Origin: an uncultured bacterium
Lineage (GTDB): Bacteria > Planctomycetota > UBA1135 > GCA-002686595
Direction: 5' to 3'
NCBI GenBank assembly: GCA_943787795.1
Contig: CALSNU010000006.1
Span: forward strand, 256,001 to 320,000
Length of the DNA: 64,000 nucleotides
Shown here: positions 19,501 to 29,334 of the stretch, in pieces
Layout: every line of letters starts with the position of its first letter
How positions within the stretch are numbered: the stretch's first letter is position 1
The notes under the pieces: generated by a model
Database searches by the model: none
Seen by the model: the letters and a program-made list of their open reading frames with translations, nothing else
What the model was told of the DNA's origin: nothing
Program-made: the position numbers and the translations under genes

Positions 19501-22500
19501 GCGCCGCCCCTCGGTGTAGATCGTGTCCAGCGCGAGGGAGGACTTCCCTGAGCCGGAAGGCCCTGTGATCACCGTGAGTGACCCGCGCGGAATAGCGACG
19601 TCCACGCCCTTCAGGTTGTGGGTCCTGGCGCCCTGGACGAGCAGCTCCGTCGGCTGGCGCACCCCGCGCGAGCGCGGCAGCGGGCGGGTCTTCAGGCGCC
19701 GACGGTCCGTGAGCTCACGCAGCGCCTCGCCCGTGGGCGTGTCCTGCACAGCGAGCTCCTCCGGGCTCCCGCATCCGAGCACCCGGCCGCCACCCTCGCC
19801 GCCCTCCGGGCCGAGATCCACCAGGTGATCCGCGGCCTGGATCAGCTCCAGGTTGTGCTCGATCACGAGCACCGTGTGCCCCTTGTCCACCAGGCGCTGC
19901 AAGGCGCCGACCAGCCGCCCGACGTCCTCCATGTGAAGCCCGGTCGTGGGCTCATCCAGGAGGAAGAGCGTGTGCCCGTTCGGCCGCCGCGACAGGTGTG
20001 TCACGAGCTTGATGCGCTGCGCCTCCCCACCCGAGAGCGTCGGCGAGGGCTGGCCGAGGGTCAGGTAGCCGAGCCCCACATCCATCATCAGGCCGAGGGG
20101 CCGGCGCAGCAGAGGGTGGTCCTCGAACAGCTCGTGTGCCTCCTCCACCGTCATGGCGAGCACGTCGGCGATCGACCGCTCGCGGTAGCGAACGTCGAGG
20201 GTCTCCTCCTGGAAGCGCCGCCCGCCGCACTCCTCACAGGGCACGGTGACCGGGCTCAGGAACTGCAGCTCCATCACCTTCACGCCCGCCCCGAGGCACT
20301 CCTCGCAGCGGCCGCCGGCCACGTTGAAGCTGAAGCGTGACTTGGTGTACCCCCGCATCTTCGCCTCCGCGAGGCTCGCGAAGAGCTCGCGGATCGGCCC
20401 CAGAATCTTGGTGTAGGTGGCCGGGTTCGATCGCGGCGTTCGCCCGATCGGCGACGCGGTGATCGAGATCATCTCATCGATGTGCTCGAGGCCGAACACG
20501 GCGTCATGGGGCCCGGGATCCGGCGTCTCCCGCTCGAGGTGCCGGAGCACGGCACGCTTGAGGGTACGCTCCACCAGCGTCGACTTGCCCGACCCCGAGA
20601 CGCCGGTCACGGCGGTCAATGTGCCCAGGGGAATGCGAGCGTCGACCCCCTTGAGGTTGAACGCGGAGGCGCCGCGGATCTCGAGGAACTCGCCGCTGCC
20701 GGAGCGCCGCTCCTCGGGCGCAGGGATCACAATCTCCCCGCGCAGCAGCCGGCCTGTCGGCGTGTCAACGCCGGACCTCGCGACCTCGGAGGGCGGTCCT
20801 GAGGCGACGATCTCCCCGCCGCGGCTGCCCGCCGAAGGTCCCACGTCGATGAGCCAATCTGCGCTCCTGAGGGTGGACTCGTCGTGCTCGACGATCACGA
20901 CGCTGTTCCCAGCGTCACGCAGGTTCGCGAGCGCCCCCAGCAGCCGGTCATGGTCCCTCGCGTGGAGGCCAATCGAGGGCTCATCCAGCACGTAGAGCAC
21001 CCCCTGGAGCCCCGCGCCAAGCTGCGCGGCGAGGCGGATTCGTTGCGCCTCCCCTCCGGAGAGCGTGTCCGCACCCCGGTCGAGCGTCAGGTACCCAAGC
21101 CCCACATCCACGAGGAACCGCACCCGCCGCTCGATCTCGAGCAGTAGGTCACGGGCGATGCGCCCCTGGCGCTGAGTCGTCTCCGCCGAGCCCAGGCGCT
21201 CCACGAGCTCTGAGACCGGTCCTGACGTCAGATCCGCGAAGCGCAGCCCGCCGAAGCGGACGTGCCGGGCGAAGAGGTTGATCCGTGAGCCGTCGCACTC
21301 CGTGCAGACCTGCTCGGACAGGAAGCGCTCCACCATCTTTCGGCGCGAGCCCTTCGCCAGGGCGCGCCGGAGGTTCCCCAGGACGCCGTGGAACACTCGG
21401 TTCCAGCTGCCCTTGCCACGCGAACGCTGACCGTTCCACTTGAACGCGTCCCGATAGCGCTTCTCCCCCGTGCCCTCGAGCACCGCCCTTCGCGCTCCTC
21501 GAGACATCTCGGCCCAGGGCGTGTCCAGGTCGAAGCCCGCCGACTCACCCACCCGCTCCAGGAACTCGAAGTCCACGTTTGGGAAGAGCAGCCCGTTCCC
21601 TGCGGCCTTGGTGACCGCGAGGGCTCCCTCTCGCAGGGTGAGTGCCGGGTCGCGGATCACCGCCGCCTCGGACGGCGCCTTCAGCACGCCGAGCCCACCG
21701 CACGCGCCGCATGCCCCGTGCGGTGAGTTGAAGGAGAACAGTCGGGGCTCAAGCTCAGGGAGCTCACGACCGGTCTCCGGGCAGACCCGCTGGGTGGACC
21801 AGGTGCGCTCTCCCTCCTCACCGATCGCAACCACCTCGCCGCCACCCAGGTCCAGCGCTTGCTCAACGGCGTCCCGCAGGCGACCGGGCTCGCCTGCGTC
21901 GGGCTTGAGCCGGTCCACAATGACCTCGACCGTGTGACGCTTGTAGCGCTCGAGCTCCGGCGCGTCCTCCAGTCGAACGATCTCTCCGTCCACCCGCGCG
22001 CGCACGAAGCCGCGGCGCTGGAGGTCCTGGAAGAGCGCGCGGAACGAACCTTTGCGGTCCTTGATCAGGGGCGCCGCCACGACGAGCTTGCGCCCTGCGT
22101 GGGCGGCGAGCAGCTCCTGGACCACCGCCTCTGGTGTCCGGGACTCCACCGGCAGATCGCACCAGGGGCTGTGCGCGACTCCGGCCCGTGCGTAGAGGAC
22201 TCGGAGGTGATCCACGACCTCCGTCAGCGTCCCGACGGTGGAGCGATTGCCACGGGCGATGCTCTTCTGATCCACGGCGATGGCCGGGGAGAGCCCCTCG
22301 ATCGAGTCCACGTCCGGCTTCTGCAAGCCGCCGAGGAACTGGCGGGCATAGGCGGAGAGCGTCTCGAGGAAGCGCCGCTGCCCCTCGCGGAAGAGCGTGT
22401 CGAAGGCGAGGGAGGACTTGCCGGAACCGGACACGCCGGTCACGGCGACGAGGGCCCCCCGAGGCAGCGTCACGTCCACCGAGCGCAGGTTGTTCTGCCT

Positions 22501-22569
22501 CGCGCCCCGGATCACGATCTCGCCCGCGTCGGACCCGGAAGTCGTGGGAGCTGCGGGTCGAGAAGGCAT
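16549..22569 (-). CDS. uvrA: excinuclease ABC subunit A, tandem-duplicated (about 2000 aa, four ABC ATPase domains)
   Basis: Four Walker A motifs ([36 protein letters not shown]); four LSGGEA(Q/R)R signatures; two EG(Q/R)RRF(L/V)E.LS.YARQFLG motifs; CxxC Zn modules; start re-picked to ATG 22569. Confidence 0.96.
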   Translation of the reverse strand: MPSRPAAPTTSGSDAGEIVIRGARQNNLRSVDVTLPRGALVAVTGVSGSGKSSLAFDTLFREGQRRFLETLSAYARQFLGGLQKPDVDSIEGLSPAIAVDQKSIARGNRSTVGTLTEVVDHLRVLYARAGVAHSPWCDLPVESRTPEAVVQELLAAHAGRKLVVAAPLIKDRKGSFRALFQDLQRRGFVRARVDGEIVRLEDAPELERYKRHTVEVIVDRLKPDAGEPGRLRDAVEQALDLGGGEVVAIGEEGERTWSTQRVCPETGRELPELEPRLFSFNSPHGACGACGGLGVLKAPSEAAVIRDPALTLREGALAVTKAAGNGLLFPNVDFEFLERVGESAGFDLDTPWAEMSRGARRAVLEGTGEKRYRDAFKWNGQRSRGKGSWNRVFHGVLGNLRRALAKGSRRKMVERFLSEQVCTECDGSRINLFARHVRFGGLRFADLTSGPVSELVERLGSAETTQRQGRIARDLLLEIERRVRFLVDVGLGYLTLDRGADTLSGGEAQRIRLAAQLGAGLQGVLYVLDEPSIGLHARDHDRLLGALANLRDAGNSVVIVEHDESTLRSADWLIDVGPSAGSRGGEIVASGPPSEVARSGVDTPTGRLLRGEIVIPAPEERRSGSGEFLEIRGASAFNLKGVDARIPLGTLTAVTGVSGSGKSTLVERTLKRAVLRHLERETPDPGPHDAVFGLEHIDEMISITASPIGRTPRSNPATYTKILGPIRELFASLAEAKMRGYTKSRFSFNVAGGRCEECLGAGVKVMELQFLSPVTVPCEECGGRRFQEETLDVRYRERSIADVLAMTVEEAHELFEDHPLLRRPLGLMMDVGLGYLTLGQPSPTLSGGEAQRIKLVTHLSRRPNGHTLFLLDEPTTGLHMEDVGRLVGALQRLVDKGHTVLVIEHNLELIQAADHLVDLGPEGGEGGGRVLGCGSPEELAVQDTPTGEALRELTDRRRLKTRPLPRSRGVRQPTELLVQGARTHNLKGVDVAIPRGSLTVITGPSGSGKSSLALDTIYTEGRRRFVESLSTYARQFLGTKDKPPVERIEGLGPSVAVEASTVRGHPRSTVATTTEIHDQLRVLYARAGEARCPEHGEPLRPADPGKVTREILKTTGELDGKPKGWILAPVLGHAVKLGNSAESVPERLRALLPNWTAAGFVRVMIDGEEYRLDAEALPFDDAEAVDLVVDRVSFSTAARARIADAVEQAAAASHGRVSVLVKGGARIEYSTHGACTTCGFQLGAKLEPRHFSFNTHVGACQSCDGLGSIFRADPEKLITDPTRPLTDGAIGGKLGRYLVKGKGYYETLLRTVARSHRVNLDKPLEKLSAKHQALLLRGAGARGSYEVHVSKQMRNFDFDQEYTSEWSGLCGHIDAWHAKTDDPEWAGILERVMTRQTCPVCHGERLAPAFRSVLVGRKRIPQVLGMTVEEALLWLGALKLRKNVASAMDQVLSELRSRLALLERVGLGYLSLDRSTSTLSGGEARRVRLSASLGSELVGVCYVLDEPTVGLHPRDIDQLAGALEDLRDAGNTVLVVEHDAELMGRADHIVDMGPGAGVLGGEVVAAGGPEEIRAHPTSGTGRYLRGEVDLAAILAVDAAGEDAELEAARQQALVDAFGSGDATVQLKGAREHNLRGVDLEVRFGELLGVCGPSGSGKSTLVLDALVPAIRGESAAGRWKSAKVPEGTRLAVVDATPIGRTPHSVPATYVELMPHLRELFAKTPESRMKGFTPSNFSFNSTKGRCAGCDGRGSTLVEMQFLSDLWLTCEECDGSRYQPEVLEVRYRGKSIADVLAMSVDEALEFFGAAPAPRRILATLHDVGLGYMSLGQSSTTLSGGEAQRIKLASELWRADSPSGVAQRSVLVLDEPSTGLAATDVEHLARCLGRLVRRGNAVVVIEHHTELLEICDRLVELGPEGGEAGGQIIASGTPAELAGDKASVTGRWLVRAAGAGSGRRRVAKGASGKKRSQPRKTKVKASVKTAPAGQRAAGQQTAGTPPKKKRGQAR

Positions 22570-22690
22570 CGGGTCGTGGGCGTGCTGGGTGGAAGCGCGA
22601 GGCAGCGCGCAGGTCGTAAGGGCGCGCCCCGCCGACTTGTCGACGAGGGAGGGGCCCCGGAGACTTGCCTCGGGCGTACTGAAGCCGATC

Positions 22691-22699
22691 AGGATACCA
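22691..22699 (-). promoter_or_regulatory. putative extended -10 (TGGTATCCT) for the uvrA operon
   Basis: TGnTAnnnT on the minus strand about 120 nt upstream of the ATG, downstream of the ahpC terminator. Confidence 0.35.
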
Positions 22700-22806
22700 G
22701 CCGGCGTCGTGGGCACCAGCCGCCCGAGGCCGGCGAAATGCCGCAGCAGCCCCCTCAGCCGACCCTGCAGCCGACCCTGCCCGACTCAGCCCCACCCCGC
22801 AGGGAA

Positions 22807-22853
22807 CAAAATGGACGGGTCCCGGCCCCTTCTTGGGAACCCGGACCCGTCCA
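22807..22853 (-). terminator. intrinsic terminator downstream of ahpC
   Basis: Inverted repeat TGGACGGGTCC/GGACCCGTCCA followed on the minus strand by TTTTG. Confidence 0.7.
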
Positions 22854-22899
22854 CCGGGTCAAATCGGCCCCTGGTGGGTCCGATGGGCCTCTCCTTCGC

Positions 22900-23499
22900 T
22901 CAGAGGGAGGAGGCGTGCTCCTGGAGGTAAGACTTGACGCCTTCGGGGGTCGCCTGCATGCCGGCCTTACCGGGCTGCCAGTTGGCGGGGCAGACCTCGC
23001 CGTTCTCCTCGTGGAACTGAAGCGCGTCCACCATGCGGACGAGCTCGTCCATGCTGCGGCCGAGGGGCAGGTTGTTGTGGGTGGCGCTCTGGACGACCCC
23101 GTCCTTGTCGATCAGGAAGGTCGCGCGGTAGCTGAAGCCAGAGGCCTCGTGCACGACGTCGTAGGCATCGGAGACCTTCTTGGCGTCGTCCGCGATGAGG
23201 GCGTACTGGAGCGCACCGATACCGCCGTCGTCGATGGCGGTCTCGCGCCACTTCGCGTGGGTCTCGGCGTCGTCCATGCTGACGCCGAGGATGACCGTGT
23301 TCTTGTCCGCGAGCTCGGCGCACTTGTGATCAAGGGCGATGAGCTCCGAGGGGCAGACGAAGGTGAAGTCCTTCGGATAGAAGACCAGCGCGACGTACTT
23401 GCCGGCGTAGTCGGAGAGGCTGATCTCCTTGGTGGTGCCGTCGGGCATGACGGCGGGCGCGGTGAACGCAGGAGCTTTCTGGTTGATGAGCGAAGCCAT
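22900..23499 (-). CDS. ahpC: 2-Cys peroxiredoxin (AhpC/TSA)
   Basis: FYPKDFTFVCPSE, RATFLID, GRSMDE, GEVCPANW. Confidence 0.96.
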   Translation of the reverse strand: MASLINQKAPAFTAPAVMPDGTTKEISLSDYAGKYVALVFYPKDFTFVCPSELIALDHKCAELADKNTVILGVSMDDAETHAKWRETAIDDGGIGALQYALIADDAKKVSDAYDVVHEASGFSYRATFLIDKDGVVQSATHNNLPLGRSMDELVRMVDALQFHEENGEVCPANWQPGKAGMQATPEGVKSYLQEHASSL

Positions 23500-23675
23500 G
23501 ACTTGTGTCTGGGTTGGAGCGAAGGGCCTCCTCCGGACAGGGCGCCGAAGGGTCCCCGCGGAAGGACGAGGCGAAGTATTCTGCGGCAGGAGGACCCCGG
23601 CTCAAGGCTCAGGGACCGGGAATGTCCCCGGCGAGAGCCGCTGGTTATCGCTGTCATGGGCGCGAGGCCCGGTCC

Positions 23676-24611
23676 TCAGCCCTCCAGGCGGGACCCCATC
23701 GGCTCCCACAGCCCCGGCGCGCAGGCGAGGATCTCCCCTCCCCGAAGCCAGCGCTCACCGCCGCTGAAGTCCCGCACCACGCCCCCGGCCTCCCGGACCA
23801 GCAGCGCGCCCGCGGCCACGTCAAAGGGCGAGAGGTGCAGCTCCCAGAACCCATCCAGCCGTCCCGCCGCGACGTACGCCAGGTCAAGCGCGGCCGAGCC
23901 CAGCCGCCGCAGCCCACGGACGTCGTAGAAGAAGCGGCCGAAGTTCTCGAGATTCGAATTGGCGAGCTCGCCGCGGCGGTACGGGAACCCCGTGGCCAGG
24001 ATGGCCTCGGAGAGGTCCGTCGTGGCGCTGACCGAGAGGCGCGCGGGCCCTCCGGCCCCCTCTAGCAGCCACGCGCCCGCGCCCTGTGCCGCAACAAAGG
24101 TCTCCCCAAGCCGCGGCGCATGCACGACCCCAAAGATCGGGACCGCCCCGCGATAGAGCGCGAGGGAGACGCTGAACATCGGGATGCCGTGGACGAAGTT
24201 CACCGTGCCGTCCAGGGGATCCAGAAACCATCGGAGCCCCTCAGACGCCTCGTCGGAGGTCTCCTCCTCCGCCTCGATCGCGGCCCCGTCGTCCAGGGCT
24301 CGAAGACGCTCCACCACCAGGCGCTCCGCGCCGAGGTCCGCGGCCGTCACAAGATCTCTCCTGGACGACTTCCTCCCCACCTCAGCCCCGGGGATCTGAC
24401 CGAGCAGGTCCAGGTGGAGCTCCCCGGCGGCGAGCACGGCGGCCACCGCCGCCTCGACGGACTGCCGAGAAATGGGAGCAGCAGCGGAGCCCGCCGAGTC
24501 GCAAGGGGCCGCAGCTGAACCCGCTGAAGCACCCCCCTGGGAGGTCTGCTCCGTCCCCTCGGGGCCGCCCAGGGCGGCCCAGGCTGCCCGCGGGAGGTCG
24601 CCGCCGCGCAT
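23676..24611 (-). CDS. suhB: inositol monophosphatase family protein
   Basis: DLVTAAD, AEEE, LDPLDGTVNF, RRLGSAALDLAYVAAGR, PFDVAAG; start re-picked to ATG 24611 (TGATG overlap with dacB). Confidence 0.92.
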   Translation of the reverse strand: MRGGDLPRAAWAALGGPEGTEQTSQGGASAGSAAAPCDSAGSAAAPISRQSVEAAVAAVLAAGELHLDLLGQIPGAEVGRKSSRRDLVTAADLGAERLVVERLRALDDGAAIEAEEETSDEASEGLRWFLDPLDGTVNFVHGIPMFSVSLALYRGAVPIFGVVHAPRLGETFVAAQGAGAWLLEGAGGPARLSVSATTDLSEAILATGFPYRRGELANSNLENFGRFFYDVRGLRRLGSAALDLAYVAAGRLDGFWELHLSPFDVAAGALLVREAGGVVRDFSGGERWLRGGEILACAPGLWEPMGSRLEG

Positions 24612-26389
24612 CACTTCCTCTCTCCCCCGCCCTTCCAGCCGGCGAACGCGACACAGATATCGTCCTGCATGGGCTTCCACGCCGCGGTGTTCACGCCGTC
24701 CACGAGGGGATAGCCCACGAGAATCGAGAAGACCACCTCGGCGCCCCCCACGGTCTCCGCCACGCCGGAGAGCCCACTGGCCCCCTTCACCCAGCCGGTC
24801 TTGGCCCGCACCCGCCCCTCCGCGACCGTCCCGCGCATGCGGCTGACCAGCTTCCCAGAGCGGCCGGCCACTGGCAGCGAGTTGAGGATCGCTCCGCGCA
24901 TCTCTCCCCCCTGGTGGATCACCGCCGCCACCAGCGCCGACAGCTGCTGGGTCGTGGCACGGTTCGCCTTGGACAGTCCCGAACCGTCCACCTGCACCAG
25001 CGGCCGCACGTTGAGCCCCAGCCGCTGCAGCGCCTCGCGCACCGCCTTCGCCCCAGCCTCCCGGGTACCTGCGCCGCTCACGGACGCCCCGGTCGCGAGG
25101 AAGAGCTGATCGGCCACGGCATTGTTCGAGTCGAGCAGGATGGCCTCCATGACCGACGAGATCGGCGTTCGTATGGTGTGCACGAGCCGAGCGCCCTCAA
25201 CGGACACTCCCTCCGCTCGCCGGAACCCGCCCGAGACCTCGATCCCGCGGCGGGCGAGGCCTCCCACCAGCGCGTGGCCGAAGAGCTCCACCGGGTCGGG
25301 GTGACTGAATTCGGCCGTGTACGGTCGCGCGTCGGCGCGGATCTTGCCCCTCACGGTGACACCGCTCGCGTTGGCTCCGACGTTGACGACCACGCGCTTC
25401 CCAGAGGTCTGAACGGTCCCCTTGCGCGTCAGGCCGTGATCGCGGGGCCTGAGCACAACGCTGGCCCGCTCTCCCTCACTGGTGGGGGTCACCGTCGCAC
25501 GAAAGCACCCGCCGTTGGCCGTGAAGCCTGCCGCGAGGGCGCAATAATCTCGCCAGTACTGCTCCTTCGCAGGCCACCTGGGGCCCGGACCAGGCTTCAG
25601 CCAGCCGCCCTCGTCCAGCACAAGCGCCCCGGCCACGCGCTGGATCCCTGCCCCGATCAGCGCTTCCGCGAGGGGGTCCAGCCATGGGTCGAGCGCCCCG
25701 TCCCCGTCCCGTCGGTGAAGGGGATCGCCCCCCGCCACTACCACGAGGTCCCCCTCCAGCACGCCGCCCCCGATCTCCCCGACCGCAAGAAATGGGGTCA
25801 CGAACGCGCCATCGGCGCCAAGCACCGCGAGCCCAGCCGCGGCGGTCATGAGCTTGAGGTTGGAGGCCGGGACCAGCGGGTGCTCGGCGAGTCGCTGCAC
25901 GAGGATCCTGCCCGTACTCGCGTCGATCGCCATGACCGACACCGTCGTATTCGCCCCGTGCACCTTGCCCTTGGTGGCCTTTCGCGCCCGGTCGAGGGCC
26001 TTGGCAACAGCACTCTCCACCGCGCGAGTCAGCCCATCATCAAGCGCAACGGCGTCGTCTCCAGCTTGGTCCCCAGCTTGACCGCCGCCGGCTTCGTCCG
26101 CCGTGGGCGACTCCGCGAAGCGCCCGACGGCCTCACCGCCCAGCTCCGGGGCAGGCGTCCGCGAGGGGTCGGCGCTGCTCCCCGTTCCTGGGGTCCCGGC
26201 TTCCCGGCTCGGGCCCTCCGCGTCCAGGGGCGGTCGCGGAGTGAGCGTGTCGAAGGAGACCGGATCCAGGTCGCCCAGATTCCCCCCTCCGGTGGCGGCA
26301 GGGTCCGGAGTCGGTGCAGTACCGGGCGACTGGTCTGCGCAACCACAGAGGGCCAGCGACGCAGCGAGGAACAGGTCATGAAGGCGCAT
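24611..26389 (-). CDS. dacB: D-alanyl-D-alanine carboxypeptidase/endopeptidase PBP4 (peptidase S13), lipoprotein
   Basis: SxxK (PASNLK), SxN (DSNN), KTG, DGSGLS; lipobox LCGC after ATG 26389. Confidence 0.92.
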   Translation of the reverse strand: MRLHDLFLAASLALCGCADQSPGTAPTPDPAATGGGNLGDLDPVSFDTLTPRPPLDAEGPSREAGTPGTGSSADPSRTPAPELGGEAVGRFAESPTADEAGGGQAGDQAGDDAVALDDGLTRAVESAVAKALDRARKATKGKVHGANTTVSVMAIDASTGRILVQRLAEHPLVPASNLKLMTAAAGLAVLGADGAFVTPFLAVGEIGGGVLEGDLVVVAGGDPLHRRDGDGALDPWLDPLAEALIGAGIQRVAGALVLDEGGWLKPGPGPRWPAKEQYWRDYCALAAGFTANGGCFRATVTPTSEGERASVVLRPRDHGLTRKGTVQTSGKRVVVNVGANASGVTVRGKIRADARPYTAEFSHPDPVELFGHALVGGLARRGIEVSGGFRRAEGVSVEGARLVHTIRTPISSVMEAILLDSNNAVADQLFLATGASVSGAGTREAGAKAVREALQRLGLNVRPLVQVDGSGLSKANRATTQQLSALVAAVIHQGGEMRGAILNSLPVAGRSGKLVSRMRGTVAEGRVRAKTGWVKGASGLSGVAETVGGAEVVFSILVGYPLVDGVNTAAWKPMQDDICVAFAGWKGGGERK

Positions 26390-26642
26390 CGGGCGCGCAG
26401 TGTGCCGAACCTCGCCCCGGGAGTCGCCCATCAAGCGCCGTGGGGCATCAGCTCGGACCAATCTCCCGATGGGCTGGGAGCCTCAGCGGCATCGTTTCAG
26501 CCACCTGGTCACGGCCAAGTGATCCAGCCACGTCGCCCCAGCGACAGAGACTCCAGCCGCAGAGGCTCAATCCTCCAGGCCCGTCGCCGGCAGGGGCCCG
26601 CGACGGCTGGGGAGGTGACCTTCAAAGGAAGCCCCGCAGCCA

Positions 26643-28319
26643 TCAGAGCTGGGCGCCATCGACCAGCTCAAGCGCCGTCACCAACGCCTCCAGCTGAAGC
26701 GCCTCGCGCCTCGCCGAGGGCCCCAGGCCCGCCTGGTCAGGCGGTGCCAGCTGGATCAAATGGTCCGGCTCCAGACCCCGGGCCTGAAAGTGCTCGCAGG
26801 GCTCGAGCATGCCGCCAGCGCCCCCGACCTTGAAGAGCGACCCGTCCGGCCCGCGGAGGGCCGTGACCGCCAGCTCCGCGCCCACGGTCCGCTCCCCCAC
26901 GAGCCGCGCCCCCCCGATGGCCCTCATCGAACAGGCGAGGATCTCACCGGAGCTGGCGGTGCCTTGATCCACGAGCACGAGCAAGTTGCGGGGGAGCACA
27001 CAGGGAACCTCGACGCGCACCTGCTGCGCCGACCATCGCTCCAGGATCGGAATGAACCCCCAGCGGGTTCCCTCGCGCACGGCCCGAACCTCATGGGGGA
27101 TCAACGGGAACTCCTCCGGCAAGAAGAAGCTGAGCATCGTCCCCAGATCCAACCACCTGCCCCCGTGATTCTGGGTCAGGTCCACCACCCAGTCCTCGTA
27201 GGGCCCGAGCTCCTCCATCACGGCCCGCAGCCGCTCGAGCAGCTGCTCGTCCCGCTCGGCCGGGACGGCTCCACCGGGCCAGTCGGTTCGCTCGAAGTCC
27301 CCCATCCGCAGGTACCCGACCCGACGCCCGCCAGGTGAGGTCAGGACCTTCGCCTCGAGACCGTACTCGCGCGCCAGCGCCCCCTCGACGCCCCCGACGG
27401 GCGCGGCGGACCTCAGGATCTGCCGTCGCCGGAGGCGCTGCGCCTCGGCCTCGACGTTGACGGACCAGGCGCGGCGCGGCAAGGGCACCTCCGGGTCGAG
27501 GATCCGGGCCAGCCGCCGCGGTCCAAACGGTCCCTCGTACTCGTCCTTGTCGGGCTCCCATACTCTCCCCGCGTTCCGAAACAACCCGAGGGTGACGCCC
27601 TCGCCGTCCAGCGTCCCCGACACCTGGACGCATGACCCCAGCGCCCCATCAAGCAGCAGCATGGCGCCGTGGGGGGACCTCACCGAGACACCTTCCACCG
27701 TATCGAGGGTCATCCAGCGCATGGGAGCACCGGAACCGGCTCGAGAGGTGGCGCTCCGGGCCAGCAGGCGAGCGCTCGCTGCTCGCTCCCCCGCCGCCAC
27801 CTTGTCCCCGATCCCGTCCAGCCACCCATCGAGCGCCTCCGCGAGTCCTGCCGGGGTCCGAACGGACTCGGCGGGGAGCGCCAGCCAGACCTCCCCATCG
27901 GCGACCGTCACCGCGCAGCGCTCTGGCGTCGCCAACGGTCCGCTCCAGAATCGCTCCGAGGCGACAAGGGAGGCGTGCGGGTCGTCAAGGTCCGCGGCCA
28001 TGCGGCGGAGCACTCCATAGAAGTCCTCGGGACTGGACGCGGCGATGGCCTCCGCGCGATGGTCCTCTCGCAGCGCCGTCAGGGTCGTCTCCGACGACGA
28101 CATGCCCCCGAACTCATCCTCGATGAAGTCGAGATAGGCGTCCACGGTGGCCGAGCGAAGACGGTCATCGAGGACGCCCTCGTCCAGGGATCGACAGGAG
28201 CCAAGGACGAGCAGGGTGAGCAGGAGACTCAACCCGGCGCAGGCGACGGGTCGCCTGCGTTCAAGGGGCGGCGCCGACGGCGCCCTGCCAGGCGCGTCAG
28301 CCCGGTCAGCCCGCGGCAT
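26643..28319 (-). CDS. S41-family (tail-specific/CtpA-like) peptidase, probable lipoprotein
   Basis: LDDPHA, VGYLR, DLTQNHGG, TASSGE, VGERTVG, GLEPD; lipobox LGSC; start re-picked to ATG 28319. Confidence 0.8.
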   Translation of the reverse strand: MPRADRADAPGRAPSAPPLERRRPVACAGLSLLLTLLVLGSCRSLDEGVLDDRLRSATVDAYLDFIEDEFGGMSSSETTLTALREDHRAEAIAASSPEDFYGVLRRMAADLDDPHASLVASERFWSGPLATPERCAVTVADGEVWLALPAESVRTPAGLAEALDGWLDGIGDKVAAGERAASARLLARSATSRAGSGAPMRWMTLDTVEGVSVRSPHGAMLLLDGALGSCVQVSGTLDGEGVTLGLFRNAGRVWEPDKDEYEGPFGPRRLARILDPEVPLPRRAWSVNVEAEAQRLRRRQILRSAAPVGGVEGALAREYGLEAKVLTSPGGRRVGYLRMGDFERTDWPGGAVPAERDEQLLERLRAVMEELGPYEDWVVDLTQNHGGRWLDLGTMLSFFLPEEFPLIPHEVRAVREGTRWGFIPILERWSAQQVRVEVPCVLPRNLLVLVDQGTASSGEILACSMRAIGGARLVGERTVGAELAVTALRGPDGSLFKVGGAGGMLEPCEHFQARGLEPDHLIQLAPPDQAGLGPSARREALQLEALVTALELVDGAQL

Positions 28320-29334
28320 AGCCGGCCGGGTGCTCCGAATGGAAGGCCCACGCGTCCCGGATGACATCGCGGACGTCTCCCCTCGCGGGGCGCCAGCCGA
28401 GGACATCGAACGCCCGCGACCCGCCCGCGACCAGCATGGCTGGATCCCCCTCACGCCGCGCCACGATCTCCGCCGGGATCTCGTGGCCCGTGATCTCGCG
28501 CGCGGCCTCGATGATCTCCATCACGGTGAAGCCGTTGCCCGTGCCGAGGTGACACTCGAGATCACCCCGTCCAGCCTGCAGGTGAGACAGCGCCCGCAGG
28601 TGCGCGTCCCCGAGGTCGTCCACGTGGATGTAGTCCCGGATGCAGGTGCCGTCGCGGGTCTCGTAGTCGTCTCCGAAGACCATGATCTTCTCCCGCTGGC
28701 CGAGCGCGACCTCGAGGACCAGGGGAATCAGGTGCGTCTCAGGGCTATGGTCCTCCCCGATCCCGCCTGCGGTTGCTGCCCCCGCCGCATTGAAGTAGCG
28801 CAGGGCGGCATAGCGCATGCCGTAGGCCCGGGAGTAGTCCCGCATCATGTGCTCCATGTGGAGCTTGGTGCGGCCGTAGGGGTTGATCGGGTCCTGGGGG
28901 TGATCGTCCGGGATGGGCACCTCCCGGGGCTCGCCGTAGGTGGCGCAGGTGGAAGAGAAGACGATGTCGGTCACGCCTGCTGACCGCATCTCCTCGAGCA
29001 GGTTCCAGGTGTAGTGCACGTTCTCCCGGTAGTAGATCGCCGGGTCCGTCACCGACTCCCCCACGTAGCACTTGGCGGCGAAGTGGATCACCGCCGAGGG
29101 CCGGTGGGCCTCGAGCGCTGCGGCGATCGCCTCACGGTCCCCGAGGCTGCCCACCACCAGAGGCGCGCTGATGGCCTCCGCGTGCCCGGTCGAGAGGTCA
29201 TCGAAGACCGAGACCTCCACCCCGCGCCGCTGAAGCAACGCGACGCAGTGACTGCCGATGTAGCCAGCGCCTCCGACGACGAGGACAGGGCCCTTGGGCT
29301 GGGTGAGATCGACGGCGCTGGTTTCGGGAGTCAT
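28306..29334 (-). CDS. galE: UDP-glucose 4-epimerase
   Basis: GGAGYIGSH, HFAA...VGES, FSSTCATYG, PYGRTK, LRYFNAAGA, DGTCIRDYIHV. Confidence 0.96.
   Translation of the reverse strand: MTPETSAVDLTQPKGPVLVVGGAGYIGSHCVALLQRRGVEVSVFDDLSTGHAEAISAPLVVGSLGDREAIAAALEAHRPSAVIHFAAKCYVGESVTDPAIYYRENVHYTWNLLEEMRSAGVTDIVFSSTCATYGEPREVPIPDDHPQDPINPYGRTKLHMEHMMRDYSRAYGMRYAALRYFNAAGAATAGGIGEDHSPETHLIPLVLEVALGQREKIMVFGDDYETRDGTCIRDYIHVDDLGDAHLRALSHLQAGRGDLECHLGTGNGFTVMEIIEAAREITGHEIPAEIVARREGDPAMLVAGGSRAFDVLGWRPARGDVRDVIRDAWAFHSEHPAGYAAG

Noticed and set aside
22570..22800. LexA/SOS box upstream of uvrA
   Set aside because: No convincing palindrome of known LexA types (CTGT-N8-ACAG, GAAC-N4-GTTC, TGTTC-N4-GAACA) seen
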